Positions 35,341 through 50,164 are shown, numbered from the stretch's first letter. The stretch is 64,000 nucleotides of DNA from Marsupella aquatica (GCA_973895155.1 OZ316892.1:8796148-8860147); one strand, 5' to 3'. Numbers and translations: made by a program. Notes: generated by a model from the letters alone, not told the origin.

Positions 35341-36616
35341 ATAAAGAATGATATAATATAATCATGATAGAATACAGGACTGATAATAAAGTAAAGAGCG
35401 TTATAATAGAGTAAAACCTGATAAAGAACATTACTATCCCAGAAACCAGCTCAAAACAAAAAAACCATTAAAAAACACGCTGCAGCGGTCTATTAGTCTA
35501 TAGTACCAAACTAGTGTACTTTATTACAGAGAAACGGACGCGACAGAAGACGGGAAACACAGAGGTTGTGGGGGATACGCAGGGGTTGCGGGAGCTGCAG
35601 GGGCCCCATCGAGTCTTCAGTTCCTTTACTAACGAGACGCGTGAAGATGCTCTTACTCTTTGGCAGTAGCTTGTTCATCGATGTTTCGTGCTCCTCTGCT
35701 TTCCACCGACAATGCCGATCTGAGCGTCGAGCCTGGACTGCGAGTCCTCCGCGACCTTGCCTTCAAAATGATACCTGAAATAGCAAACGCTGTGCCTCCT
35801 TCGGTGATACCTGAATCGAGTTGTTCCACTCTGTCATTGCCTTGTTCTCATCGATGTGACGGTCGTTGAAAGCTGAATGCAAGGACCTCGACCTCGTCAT
35901 GTTTTCATTGGGTGCATCGACTCTCTATCGAAGTTGATTTTAAGTTCATGGACATTTTTCGCGTCATTTTCAGTCTTGAAAAGAGGATGCCAGAGTTGGT
36001 TGGAGAGGGAGCATTCGGTGCAATTATATCTTACGGAAAGTGTTATTGCCCGAATCACTGCCTGGAAGACTGCCAATTTGAGGATTATATTTCGTGGCAT
36101 CTTCGAATCACTGTGGTCAAGCGAACAACGTGAATCGATGCGTGATTTTCTATAGAATTAAATTACTGCGGCAGGTCTGCTTTGTGCTATTTTCCCTATC
36201 CTTCGAATCGCCCGGACAGTGGTATTCCCTGTCTCACACCTCTTCGTGTTCCTGTTGCAATTTGAACAGATCTAATGTGCCTTGAGATGTTTACCACTAC
36301 GTACGAGCCGATCATCCCGAAGGAATGAGTTCGACATCGGTGGTTGTAACCGTATTGTTTCTTATGGCCCGGACAAGGTTCAATGTCACAAATCTGTGAC
36401 TGACCTTTAGGTTTGCCATTCTTGCAAGAGGCCTCAGTCTCCTGAATCATGGACGAGTCGCATGTGTCGTCTGAATTGTGAGAACTGAACACTCTTTTGA
36501 AAATCTTGGTAGCCATCAGCTAAAAGACTGATATGACGCGGTTTCACAGTTGCGCTTCGGTTTGGAAGTAAGACCGTGTTTCCCTTCGTTTAGAACGGAT
36601 GTAAGAGTACAATCCT

Positions 36617-39600
36617 ATGGCGGAAGAACATGAATTCCAGGAAATCCACATATCACATCACCCTGAAGAGTTAACAGATCATGCTAAGCAAAGTATCCCA
36701 CGAAACGTCAACGACTTGATACAGTATTCTGAAGGAGATTCGGCAAACCGTTCCCCAAACCCTGACCTGGAGCATTCTTCTACGGTATCCAGAAATCATT
36801 CCCCTAGCGAGCCCTCACATCAGCCAGCCTTCCAGAGGCCACACGCTTCACCAGAGGAATCCCTTTCAGAGCGGGCCTTTCCGAGTCATTCCCTGCACCA
36901 CTCCCTTGACAAATCCCCACAGCATTTTTCTGAAGCTCACCGGCAACAGTTTCCTTCCTCAGATAACATTCCGCAATACTCCTCTGTCAATTTCAAAACA
37001 TCTACTTCACATGGCGTGCACGACGAAACGAGAGGGGACAGGCAATGGTCTGTACGGAACTCCATATCTCACTTGTTCAACGTGACCACTGCTGCCTTGG
37101 ATTCTGTTTTGCCTTCACCGCCACTGGAGATACCTCCTTCAGATGCCACTCTCGACTCTCAGGGGTCACGCAGGTACGCCCTCGATGTCTTCATGAAGGT
37201 AGGGAGCACAGAACTACAATAGTTATCTCCATGTTGAGGCTTCGTCAGATCATGCAAACGTAGATTTCAGGTTTTAACACACTGTTAACTAAGCTAAATT
37301 TTCAAACCTCATCTTGGTAACATAGTCCTCAAAACAGAGTACGCTGATGAAACCACTGCAGCAGCACACAAGTGTACTGCTTGATAACGTGCACGTCTCC
37401 GTGTTTCGAAAGATCGCAATACTCTTTTATATCGCGCCTTCAGAAAAATGACTGCACCTTATATAATTATCTTGCTGATTCGGTCACGAAAGAGACAGAA
37501 AGAAACATGACATTCGTTAATGACTGAAATCCCCAGCAAACGAGTAAACCAGCTTCGGACTTTAACCAAGTAACACAAATATAACAAGTTTTAGGTTTGA
37601 AGTACCTTTGTAAGACCCCTCTGCAGCAGCCCTCTAACGTGGTTTATTTCCTGATTTCTGGATTTGCCAGAGTCCAAGTAGCATTTGCTGGTGGCCATGA
37701 CGAGAGCAACCTTTCTACCGCATCTATGAATGTTGCCCTCCACGATTCTGCAGTATTCAAATCGAGAGCACTGTCGGCCAGATTTTTTGAATCACCTGTT
37801 AACCCTCCTAGAACGGTAAAGGCCAATTGCAATCCCACTGCCACATATGCTCAAATATAATTTTTGATTTGAATTGAGATAGGATGTAAAGTGCTGATAA
37901 ACTCATCTCCAAACCACGAAGTTGATCCAATCAGTCCATGTCCGTATCAATGCTTGAATTCCGGAAGCTTTCCTAGTTTCACACGCCATGTCCATTCCCA
38001 AGGTCGGAATGTTCGTAGAAAATGGCACTAAGTGAGTCTGTTCAAAGTAAGACAAGGTTTCTTCCCTGGGCCCTTCATTGTTTCAGAAAAATGAAATTCG
38101 GAGCTCTCGATAAAATCCTCGAAATGCATCGCTCAAACTAATTCGGGGTGTCGAACTTGGTGATCTAGTGTTGTATCTCAACAGTAGATAGTAAGTGTAA
38201 GGGGTTGACGATGTGCCCGTTGCAGGACTACACATTGAGGGAGTTGTTTTTTATCGCATACCAAACCCTCGGAGTAGTTTACGGTGACCTCGGCACATCC
38301 CCTTTATATGTATATCCTACTATTAACGTCACGAACCCCACCGAAGTGGACTTTTTGGGTATCTTAAGCCTCATCTTTTGGACCCTGACACTGATTGGTG
38401 TCGTGAAGTACTCCTTGATTGTTCTCCAAGCTGATGACCAAGGTGAAGGTGAGAAACAGACCCTTCGAAACTTACTTATTATTTCGGAGTTTAATTTGAC
38501 GGTAATGCGCAACTCGTGAGATCCTAGGGGACAAAGAGAATTCCATGAGCCCAAGACCTGAAAATCAATCCACTCTTATTATTGAAGTAGGCGTCCATCA
38601 TAAACAGTCCGCCATAGTTCAACATTTGTCGATGCGTACCAGTCCAGAGTCCTTCAGATATGAGGGCATTTCAGAGAGCCACATAATGGAAACGTACTCC
38701 ACATGCAACGCTCTGCATCGTGGCTATGCTAGTTAGATCTGGCCGAATCAGCTGTTCCACTGGATATAGTTGCAATTATCTATTTGGAGAATTCTGAAAG
38801 ACAAATTGAAGTTAATAATGTATACTTGCTCCAGTCATAACGATAAGTATGTTTCGAAGCACATTTTGGCATGCATATGGCGAAGCATTGAGACAAGAGC
38901 CTTTCGAAGAGAGAGACTGATCCACAACGAATCCTGATTCAAATCAATAAGGGCCAATCAGAAGCGAGGAGAGAAATTTCCAGAAATGTGAACTTATGCG
39001 CACGAGCTGGTTTGTCGCTAAGCATGTTCAATGCCAATATAACCAAAATTGTCTGATGTAAAATTCTCAGGAGGCACCTTTGCTTTGTATTCGTTACTGT
39101 GCCAGCATGCCAATATTGGCCAGCACCAAGGAGAAGAAAGCCCGGTTCACGATGTCGAAGGAAGAAGGCTTTCACACATGTTTAAATTGGAGGAGCGGCC
39201 GAACTATAGTCGAACCAGAGAGTTCCTAGAAAATAACAGAATGGCACAACAGATCTTACTTTTTTTTGTCATGATGGGCACTTGCATGCTGATTGGCGAC
39301 GGAATACTCACACCAGCAATTTCTGGTACTGTATAATTTTCTTAGAGACAACTGTAGCTAAAGTCAGTACGATTAAAGTGCATGAAATTTGGAAAGTAAA
39401 TGTTGTTTGGGACGGCCTATACGATCCACCCTGAGCTTTGGAAGTCCGGACCGTCAAGTATTGTGCACATAATCCAAAATTTAATTCCTGGAGCATCTGT
39501 ATTAAATCTCTAAAATACTATGCCTAATGATACTGTATCCAAATACAACCTAGGTTTTGTAGTTATGAGAGAGACAAGCGACTTAATTTAATTTACATCT

Positions 39601-42600
39601 CCCTACTTTAACATGCAGTTATTTCTGCTATCGAAGGCATTCAAACAGCAGCGCCCAACATGAGCAGAGGTAAGCCACACTGGCTCTTGCCTTTCATGTT
39701 GTATGCAAGGACTTTTAGATGGCAGTAACACCGAGTCACTGTAGAACACAAAAACAAGATGTTATAAAGCATGAGGCTTCGGAGAAGCAGACAGAAAGTA
39801 GTCTTGTCTTCAGAGCTAAGCGTCCTGGAAATTCTTTTTCCACGCTGCTATTGTATAACACAATGCATAGCCCTTCTGAGACAGAGTCCTAGACCAATAG
39901 AGACACTGAGAACTTTGTACACAGTGCCATCGTCACAATAATGAGAACAGAAATTAACGACGTTGCTTTGGAATCCGTTCAATTGTACAAGATAGAACTA
40001 TGGGGGAAACGATAGGAACCTGGGAGGATAAATTTCAAGAGAAATATTCTGAATACCCGGAAGCAAAGTCGACAAGTCAAGTAAAAACTACTGATTTTTG
40101 TTCGATGTTTGATGCAGCCATTATTGTAATCATATCTGCAATCATTCTGATTCTATTATTCCTTTTACAAAGATTTGGAACAGACCGAGTGAGCTTGTTC
40201 TTTTCTCCAGTCATGACTGCATGGTTCATAACAACCCCAGCGGTGGGAATCTACAACATTGCGGTCCATTATCCTAAGGTTTTCAAGGCATTTTCACCAG
40301 CTTACATTGTGCACGTCTTCAGAGCTAAGGGCAAAGAGGCATGGCTGATGCTGGGTGGTACAGTGCTATGCATCACAGGTCAGCAGAGCTACTACAGTCC
40401 AGTTCCATATCGTCACACCTGTTTGTTTGTGGGTAACATCTTGGAAACGGTTTCATCTGGAAAAGAGTCGTTGAGTTAGCATTCTGGGTGGGTCGGGATA
40501 ACCAGTATCAGTTGGCATACTGCGGATGTCTTTCAAGGCATTCTAAAGTGAGCCGACTAAAACATATCAGTAACCACTGTTTCAAACAGGAGCCGAGGCA
40601 ATGTATGCGGACATGGGCCACTTCAACAAACATTCAATCCGAGTGAGTACGTTCTAACAATCCTCTTAAGAACAATTTCCTCCAAAGATGAGTGATAGAC
40701 AGTCTTATCCCAACAATTAAGATCTATCGGATATACACAAAACTGTCAGTATGGTTTGTTACTAGTATGGGAAAGGGTAAACCAGAGTATATCATCATGT
40801 TCTGATGGCAAGAATTCATGGAACATATTGAATTATAAAGCTGAAGTAGTACCAATTTGGGCAAGGAACAGAAAGCAAACAGACGTAAGTCTGGGGAGGG
40901 AAGTAAATGCAGCAAATGCTAAGAACCAAATGGACCGAAGAGAACGATGCGTATAGTAACAAACGAAGAAGGTAATTTTCGATTTTTAAATATTGACGGC
41001 TTGAATGAGCGTTATCTCGAACGGCAGTTGAAAGGAACACACTGAACATGTTGATGAGGTCACGTCATGTGATTGACCAGCCTTTTCTCCTTGCAGATAG
41101 CCTTTTGTCTGATGGTGTACCCGTCAGTTCTTCTCACATACGCTGGACAAACAGCTTACCTTATAAGACATCCTGAGGACCATAGTCAAGGCTTCTTCAA
41201 AATGATACCAAAGAGAGTCTTCTGGCCTATGTTCATAATTTCAACCTTTGCGGCTGTAGTTGCAAGCCAATCGCTGATCTCTGCTACGTTCTCTGTAATC
41301 AAGCAGTCAGTTGCTTTGGAGTATTTTCCTCGAGTCAAGTTGGTGCGTACATCAGAAGACAAGGAAGGGCAGATTTACTCGCCTGAAGTCAACTATATTC
41401 TTATGGTCTTGTGTCTTGCAGTTACCTTCGGCTTTCGCAGCTCAGCAACTATTGGTAACGCCTTTGGTAAGTTCTGGAATGTCTCTGACTCTTCTCTTTA
41501 AATTGAATTGTAGAGTCCATGAAGGGAAACCCCTCAGTAAGGTACAGAACATTCCAAATGGCAAGCTTTCGGACAAACTTTCGAGAAAATCCACAGAGCG
41601 GGTTCAATCAATGAAGTAGCCAACAATTACAATTTTACACCAGCTTTCATATTATCTCGAATGTATTGCTCAGGACAGTGGAAGTATCGTAAACTTTAAG
41701 ACACCCATTCTCGAGTCTGTAAATCGTTTCTGCCCTGCCCCATGGCCACTTTTTAGTAATACAATGTCTAGCGCGGCTGCAAATCATCACTATGCCGCAG
41801 ATGTTACAAATGTTATGATACCTGTTAAGCCATTCCCACATCATCCTAGTATCTGCATCCGGACTGACTCAATTGTATTAATTTTGACTACTGATTCTGA
41901 ATATCTACCTTGACAAATGGCAATGTCTGGAAGTATTGCAGGTGTTGCTGTTATGTTCGTCATGCTGATCACAACTTGCTTGATGTCCCTGGGGATGTTG
42001 GTCATCTGGGGATGCCGAATTCTGGTTGTCCTCTGCTTTTTCCTCCTGTTCTTCTGTGTAGAAGGTGTCTACATCAGCTCAGTGGTGACCAAGGTACCAC
42101 AAGGTGGCTGGCTGCCATTTGTAGTCGCTCTGGTGGTGACCCTGATCATGTTCTCCTGGCACATGGGTTGCCAGGCCAAGTACCGGTATGAAATGAGAAA
42201 TCAGATTACAAACCGGACCTTCGATAGTTTACTACGTGACATGGGTAGTGTGCGAGTGCCAGGCGTATGCTTTTTTTACACAGACTTGATGGGAGGGGTA
42301 CCCCCAATTGTACAGCACTATATCAGCAATGTCCGCTCCTTGCACCGTGTGCTAGTTTTCACAACTGTGCGTTTCCTCCCTGTAAAGACTGTCCTGCCCT
42401 CCGAACGCTTTCTTGTGGGCCGGGCAGGATTTGATGGAGTGTATCGATGTGTTGCCCGATATGGTTACAGGGATGTGATGAAAATTCAGAACAATGAGTT
42501 CCTAGATCAGTTTGTTGAAACTCTGAAAGAGTACATAGAGTCCCCAAAAGACTCCTCTAGATCTGGAAGGAAAGTCAGATTGACAAATGACGAGGAGTTT

Positions 42601-42834
42601 CCCAAGATTTCCGTGGCTGATGAAGTTTCTATGCTCCAGCATGCAAGAGAGGACGGTGCTGTGTATGTCATGGGGAGGGTGGACATTAGGGTCAGTAAGA
42701 CCACCAAGTTTATTACGCGTATCATTGTGGGTAAGTTCTACAGATTTCTTAATGCTAACTGCAGATCAGAGGTGTCAACTATGGATATTCCCTACGACAA
42801 TTACCTAGAGATTGGCCTATTGTACGACATTTGA
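36617..42834 (+). CDS. KUP/HAK/KT potassium transporter (8 exons: ~36617-37198, 38226-38448, 39071-39325, 39619-39669, 40118-40378, 40590-40642, 41097-41467, 41942-42834)
   Basis: [80 protein letters not shown]; GT-AG boundaries. Exon 1 less certain. Confidence 0.93.
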
Positions 42835-44640
42835 AGTCAGTAAATCCTTGCACTACAATGCGTAAGGTGGGTTGGCCCCACCACAACCAGATGGAACTGG
42901 ACACACATCTTGGTTAGCTGTAGTCAGAAAGATTTTTGGATTAAAGTTGCATCGGGACACAAATACTTCTTAGGTCTTCCTAACTACACTTCCTTCATCG
43001 TTTCAGAGCCCCGTGCTGAGCATGATTGTGAATTGAAATAGTGGTGCTGTTACAGGTACAGGTCTATTATATCCATCTGGTTACGGTGCACTTAATATGG
43101 ATTTCTCCTCTAGTACGTGAAAAGCAATCTTCTAAAACATGTCTCATCTATAAACCCTCTTTCTTGTGTAAGATTGTTTCACGCTTGAAGACAAATAGCT
43201 ACCACTTCATTCATGACAGTTTTATATCAAAGGTTTGTTATTTTACTAGACTGTAGAATAGAAAGCGGTCATCACCATCCTCCTTTCAGAGTTCGTCGTC
43301 CAGTTTTGAAGTAGGTGAGGGGGACGACACTCACCTACTCGCGCCCTTCTCGCTGTGCCCTTCTCGCTGTGCCCGAAACCTGATCTGAGAGATTTCCTGA
43401 ATCCTGTTCTGCGAGCAAGCCTTAGGCATATTCCAGAAAGCCGCATCCATGTAAAAGAAATCTGTAGTCAGGAGGGGTCGTTGCAATGCAAGGAAATAAC
43501 AGGCATATTCCAGAAAGCCGCATGCATGTAAAAGTAGTCTAATCAGGAGGGGTCGTTGCAATGCAAGTAAATAACTGACAAGTCTGTACCCTCCATCCAA
43601 TACCTTAGAAAACCTCTTTACTTTGATTTGGCATCATTTGGCATGATTTGACAGTCACTAACCACTGGAAAGTATTCATATAATATTGTTATGGACACTC
43701 CCATTTCGCGAGCTGACAATGTCTCAGCATATAGATCTTTATAAGCAACGGATAGGAAAGATTCTTATACCCAATGCATATTCAGTTCTCCTGAATCGTC
43801 CCACCACTCGATTTTTCTTATACGATCCATGGCACAATAATATTCCACTGCAGGAACGAACCTGCTCGGCATGTCCCAAATTTACGATGGTGTAGTATAT
43901 TCCTACATAGGCCTAGTGTCACGACGCTCGTCGATTTTGCCGCCTACCAAAATTTAGACGTCGTTGCACGATAATTCTTACCCGTTAAGGCAAACGATCC
44001 ACGACTCCTTCGAATTGCTGTCGCAGCTGGCCCCAATTCATTTCCTTTAACTGGCTTGCGAGGACATGTACATGTGTAAGACCCCGTGTGAAAGATTGCA
44101 TCTTATTAGATGGGATCGTTGACACAAGTACGTCCTTAGATACTCATCCTCACAGACATCAAGTACACGATTCACCTCGAGCAACAATCGTCTTTGCAAA
44201 ATCAGGCACACTAGATTCCCACATAACATGAAAATGATACTCGGATTTACGGCTATGGCAAAACACGCTCCCATGACAAAATATCAAGGCCGGGGGTTTT
44301 TCCAGGCCAAACTCATTCCCAAAAAAAATGATATGCTCCCGACAACATCCTTCGCATTTGTTCGATCTAACTGGATCTTCGAGTATGTTGGGAACTGCAC
44401 TATATCGGCCTAGTGTTATATATCAATCTGCCATGCTAGACCCTGAATTAAAGAACCACCATCTTGATCAATTCGGATGATCGAGTCGGTGTTCTCCTCA
44501 GACATCAATCAATCAGAAAGATGGCTATCAAAATATACCCAATTCTTACCATACAGAACTCTAGTTACGAACATCGAAGCAAAGTACCAGAAGGCCCCAC
44601 GGGCCCAAAACTCTGGCAGACAAAATGGAAGAACCGTTAT

Positions 44641-46037
44641 CTACTCGTAAAGCCATTTCTCGGTGTCCTTCTTGTAAGAGAAGAGCTCCTCTGGCTTGAA
44701 CCAAAGCTTGATCTCGGCCGCAGCTGTCTCTGGTCCATCGCTGCCGTGGACAATGTTCCTGAAATCAGCCCCCCAAAGTAATCCGTCAGACGACGACGAC
44801 ACTATCACTTCTACTTCGTGAGCTGGAAACCTAAACACAAACCTCCACTTACAGCTTGTTAAGCTCACGAGAATCGTCCTCTATTTCAGATGACAACCGC
44901 AATTACTTATATTTCACAATATTACGCTCAGAAAGAGTCAAGGGAGGAGACATCACTACTTTAGCCTTCTCAGCCGGTACTGTGGGAACTGCGTTACTAA
45001 GGGATTAGAAACGCGGTCAAGGACATTGATTGCTTTTGCATTCACATATACAGCGGAGGAGTAGTCAGGCGTCCGTCCAATCAAGCTCTCACCTTCCGGT
45101 TTGGATGGCATAGTCTCCTCGGATGGTACCGGGCTCAGATAATAGAGGGTTAGTAACACCGATAATCTTCCTTCCGTACTTGATTACACCCTCACCTTCC
45201 CAAACCTGCACAATCAGCCAATAACTAAGACATTGCTGGAACAGAGGATTCTCAGGAGCCATACACCAGTCGGGAAGCCTAAGAGCAGAAGAGATTATAA
45301 AAATGAAACAGAGTCCAACCAAAGACAGGACGAACCTCTCCCCCCAACCTGTACAAATCACACGAGATAATTCACAGTGCAAACTAATCTATAAACAGAG
45401 CTCGACCTGCAGAAGGGATATAAAAGTAAAACAGCGTCCGATAGAAACACTCTACGACAGACCTCCCCCCTCCCCCCTCCCCCTAACCTCTACAATTCAC
45501 ACAAGATATATCATTCACAGTGCAAACTTTTCTTCAAATTGAGAGCTCGCCCTCGCTGCCAATCCTCCTCTTACAAATCACCAAATCCTACTGTGCAGCT
45601 ACGGCCAGCCTCAAACAATCGGGGACAGTAGTATGGTGCTGGAAAGAAACCATTTTGGCGGGTTCCACTCACCATCGCAAAGACTGGGCCAGAGCTGAGA
45701 AAGTCAGTCAGGCCATTGAAGAAAGGCTTCGCTTTAAGGTCATCGTAGTGCTTGGCGGCAAACTCCTTGGTGGGATGCACCATCTTGGCACCTACCAGCT
45801 TGAACCCCTTCCTCTCATATCGAGAGATGATGTCCGCAATCTGTGCAGATCGAGCGTAAGTACAGAATGAGTCACTCCGACGACGTCCGCCCAAATCGGT
45901 AAGTAAGACAACAGAAACTACCAGGAGAGACACTTAACTACGAATGGATGAGCGAACAAAGAAGGTAGCACGGAGAAGTACAGTACCAGGCCTCTCTGGA
46001 TGCCGTCGGGCTTGATGGCGATGAAAGTACGCTCCAT
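44641..46037 (-). CDS. NDPK: Nucleoside diphosphate kinase, NDPK3-type catalytic domain (exons ~46037-45987, 45840-45673, 45207-45095, 44759-44641)
   Basis: [51 protein letters not shown] (catalytic His). Upstream exon ends at donor 46923. Confidence 0.93.
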
Positions 46038-47281
46038 CTGTGGAGACGAAATGGTGAGCTTTTCCATTGTTCAGGTCGTGCAAAGAGATCACTGCGACAA
46101 AGTTCAGTCTCTCCCCGTGACTCTTCCGTCCAAATGAGGCAGGGATATGATAAAAATACACTCAACCCTTTGCATAATATTGTAAACAGTCTAATGTCTA
46201 ATGCTATGCGACTTTATCTCTTCACGTGATAGATCGAATGTAATAGTGAAAAAATAACATTCAGGAAGAGACTCTAAATGAGATTCAATGGTTAATATTC
46301 ATCACTTCGAAATGTAGATCAAACCCGGCCATTGTGACATCCTTCTCGTACTGTAAGGGTCTATCACAAAACTCGACTCAGACGAAGGAAATAGGATGAC
46401 TTGTGACAGATCTCTAAGGATAACCGTTCATAAACGCCATTGATAAAAGAGACGCTAAACATGAGGCCAAAAGACTCGCAAGAGACAACAGGGCGATCGG
46501 CAAAGAGGGCAGAGGAAAAGCGGAAAGTCCAGGATCCGTCTCTCGAAAGATAACAACATCTCCACAAGAGAGACATCATGAACCCTAAACGAGAAATGTA
46601 AGGCGGGCTGATGTGTACTCAAAACAAGCATTGCAAGAATCATCCCTCACATCTCCAAATAGAAGCCATTCTCTTGACTCAGGAGAGATCACGAACCGTA
46701 CATGTAAAAAATCGGCCGTCGAACAATCCAAACAAGAATGGAGTGCCAAATCCTCTACAGTTAGAACTCGGACTCTAAAGAGCTCACAGCGACGCGTGAA
46801 CGAGGCCGCGGTCCAGTCCACGCAGCCACTGAACCATATCCGTAATAAGAAGCACGTCACGAGAGCCAGCAGACCCCGGAGAAAAGCACAACAGCACGAT
46901 CAATGGAGAGAAGTTCCACACACCTTCTTGTTGTTGTTGTTTTCGTTGTACGAAGCGCTAAAAATCGGTAGTCGGCGCAGAGATGCAACAATTTCGATGA
47001 CGGCGAAGAGCAGGAGACCAGCACACGACGTTGAGCACTGATGAGGATTGTAAACCGGGTGAGTTTTTCCGCCTTTGTGCAGTGTGATATATAGTGAGTG
47101 CGCGGAGCGATGGTCGACGAGAAAAGAGGCTTTTAACGACAGGGCTGTCGAGGAGAAAAGCGATTTGGCAAATCCCAAAGAGACGGAACGACAGGTCACC
47201 AAGAAGTGTTGCTTTACACTACTACAACAAAAGAAAAGAGGGAGCGGGTAAGATACGGGAGATGCAGCAAAGCGGGAGAGA

Positions 47282-47370
47282 AAGTTAGCGGCCCCGCTAC
47301 TTTGTCCACGCATTAAGTTAGCGGCCCCGCTACTTTGTGCACGCATTAAGTTAGCGGCTCCGCTACTTTG
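47282..47370. repeat. 33-bp tandem repeat, ~2.7 copies
   Basis: AAGTTAGCGGCCCCGCTACTTTGTCCACGCATT repeated; each unit has a TAGCGG/CCGCTA hairpin. Confidence 0.9.
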
Positions 47371-47799
47371 GGCTCTGCGGTTGCGGTTGGTCAAATAGAA
47401 CGTGGATAACATAGTAGCCAATAATAGGACTTCTCAAATATTATTGGAAAGAAAAAAAAAATCATCTCACAGGTCTCCTGCAATGCACTCAGGCGGCTCG
47501 CCGAGACTGGGTATAGCCGGGCAGTGATATTTTTTGGCTCTTAGATTTGAGAGGGGTCATCGCAGTGTGTGAAAATTGAAAGGTGAGTCAATGAACATAC
47601 TAAAAGTGGGTCCTCCGTCCTAGCGGTCGGCCCTCAGTTTCAGTCATGACTCCCAGGTGTGACTGGTCGGGCCTCACATTCGATGCCCAACTAGTCGTTC
47701 CCGCTGCCCAGGGTCATAACACTCTCAAACAAGGTCACGTACAAAAATTCATTGTATTTGAGATGCCCTAATATAGAGCGGCAAACACTTTTACTTAGC

Positions 47800-48930
47800 G
47801 GCTCAGCAAGTTCGGACTATGCTGCTGTTGTTGTTGTCTGTCCAATAGAGAGTGTACAACCTAGCCAAAATAGAGCAGCTACCCATTATGTTGACGACGT
47901 GGTTGTTTGGGCTCTTTTGCTGATGTTGGACTCTATTGCTCCTGTTGTTGTCTGTCCAACATAACGTGGACAACCTAGCAAATATAGAGTGGATAGTTCC
48001 ACATTAAGTTAGTTGCTTGGCTAGTTTGGACTTTGTTGTTGTTGTTGTATGCCAAACAGAACATGGGCAACCTAGCCAAGATAGAGCGGCTACGCATTAT
48101 GTTAGCAACTTGGCTAGTTAATTTAAACTCTGCTGTTGTTGTTGGTTGTTGAACAAAACTTGGACAACCTGGCCAATGTAGAGCAACTACAAAACCCGGG
48201 GGGTCACTATATGGAGGGCCATGCATCATGTGCAAAGGTTTCAATTGGGTCATTTGTGACCACCTGGAGGGGGTCACTATATGGAGGGTCATGCATCATG
48301 TGCAAAGGTTTCAATTGGGTCATTTGTGACCACCCAGGGGGGGGTCACTATATGGAGGGTCATGCATCATGTGCAAAGGTTTCAATTGGGTCATTTGTGA
48401 CCACCCTAAGTCACTTTATGTAAAGATGTGTAGTGTCAATCACATGATACACATGTATTTTGTAATTAAACAACCTTTTATTTCCATTGGGCAACTTAAT
48501 AAGTCTTGTGCCAAAACCACTTAAATGGCCCTATACTTTGTCACACATGATATGCCAGTTCTGTGGAAGTGACCCCTTGAGCTGCTAAAAATTGTGGCCA
48601 AGGCACTACATTAGCAGCTTGGCTGGTCTAGACTCCTATATTGCTATTAAGAATGTGGACAGCTGGTCTGGACTCCTTTGTTGCTATTAAGAATGTGGAC
48701 AGATTGGCCAATATAGGCTAATACAGATCATAACTGGCAATCCATTAAGTTAGAGGGCTTGGCTAGTTTGACCCTACTGCTACCATTGTGGTCTATTGAA
48801 AAGGATGTGGACAACCTAGTCAATGTAGAGCAACTACTAAAGATTGCGGCCAATCCATTATATTTGCAGTTCAACTAGTTTGGACATTACTACTGTTGTT
48901 GTATGTTGAGCAGAACAAGGACAACCTTGC
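47800..48930. repeat. Degenerate ~110-bp repeats with an embedded ~70-bp x3 tandem array (48198-48406)
   Basis: GTTGTTG..CCAA..GGACAACCTAGCCAA motif recurs; GGGGTCACTATATGGAGGGTCATGCATCATGTGCAAAGGTTTCAATTGGGTCATTTGTGACCACC occurs 3 times. Confidence 0.75.
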
Positions 48931-50164
48931 CAGTGTTTGTCATTTGTCCATTTACAAAACGAGCATTGGGTAAAAAAATGTAAACATGTAAAAAAAAATT
49001 GCACCGTTCAATTGAAAAAATGAGCCCTTCCTGAACCCTGTGCCTGCCCTCCCTTGCGTGCATGCCTGGCGCAGGGCTGAACTTGGCTGCCGTCCCTTGT
49101 CCTGCCTTAGTCGTCATAGGGCATGGGGCCAGGTAATTAAAGCTCTTGAGAGATGCTCTGCATATTCTGTCCTTGCCAAGTGTAGCATGCATTTGCCCCC
49201 TCACCCCCAAGCTCACACTTTGTACAAGAGTGTCTTTAAAGTGTACATTCAAAAAGAATTGGATTTTTGCCTTGAGACAGTTGCTCACGATTCAGTGTTT
49301 GCTGTTTCCTCTCTCTGTTCTTTAAGGCTGAGTTAGCCCTCATATTTGCGGTTTAGATTTGTTATAGTGTGGGTGACATGTTGTTACGTTCCACTTTAGT
49401 TCCTGGTTTTATCCTTCTCCTCGGGAGTTAGCCCTCGTCTGATCTTCGGGTGATTGTTTGGTCCTTGATATTTTTCTGATCTGACCTTTTTACTCCATGT
49501 TTTATTGGATTTTACTTTTCTCATGAATAAAGAGTTCCTTTCAAGATTAAAACAAAATCAATTTGTTTCATTTGGGGCAGCTCTGGGCAGCTTGGGTAAA
49601 CATTTCAAATAAGAGAGTGTTTGAGTGGACCTGAGGGTGCGATAAAGATACACTTTATGAAAGGCTAGGAGGAACTCACGGTTTTTCCAGATTTTGTTGG
49701 ACGATAGTATACTTTTGGCAGGATAGGGTATTATAGATTTTGATGATCTCTTTTAAGCAACAACTTTTTTTGTTCACAATATCTTTAATTTACACAATGA
49801 CTGTACCTATTCCGTAAAGATATCTTCATATTTTGTGCAACAATATCTTTGCATAAAGGTCTCATAATTTTCATAACATGTTTTGCACATGGACATTTTT
49901 TTATTGTGGGTGGGGGGAGAGGCAGCCTAAGAGAAAGGGTGAGAGGAGGCCATGAGGGGGAGGGGGCATGCCTCGGTTGCCATCACCTAGTTATCTTACT
50001 TTCTCCATCTATCATCACTTTTGCAACAACATCTTTTTGATAATCATGGACACCTTCTATGCAACATCTTATCTGCAAGGCATAGGTATTGAACACGATC
50101 ACAACAACTGTATGGTCGGGATCACACATAACATGTGTCAACAACTGCATTGCAAAGCCTATAT

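Noticed and set aside
43423-43570. ~79-bp direct duplication between the KUP and NDPK 3' ends
   Set aside because: A simple local duplication with no further structure.
48198-48406. CRISPR-like array (also considered for 6365-6860, 9930-10385 and 60984-61392)
   Set aside because: These are tandem units without unique spacers; the context is eukaryotic and no cas genes are present.
49037-49560. LINE 3' end (AATAAA plus A-rich tail); a similar stretch at 58150-58325
   Set aside because: Suggestive only; no TSD or recognisable coding motif, so not listed as a feature.
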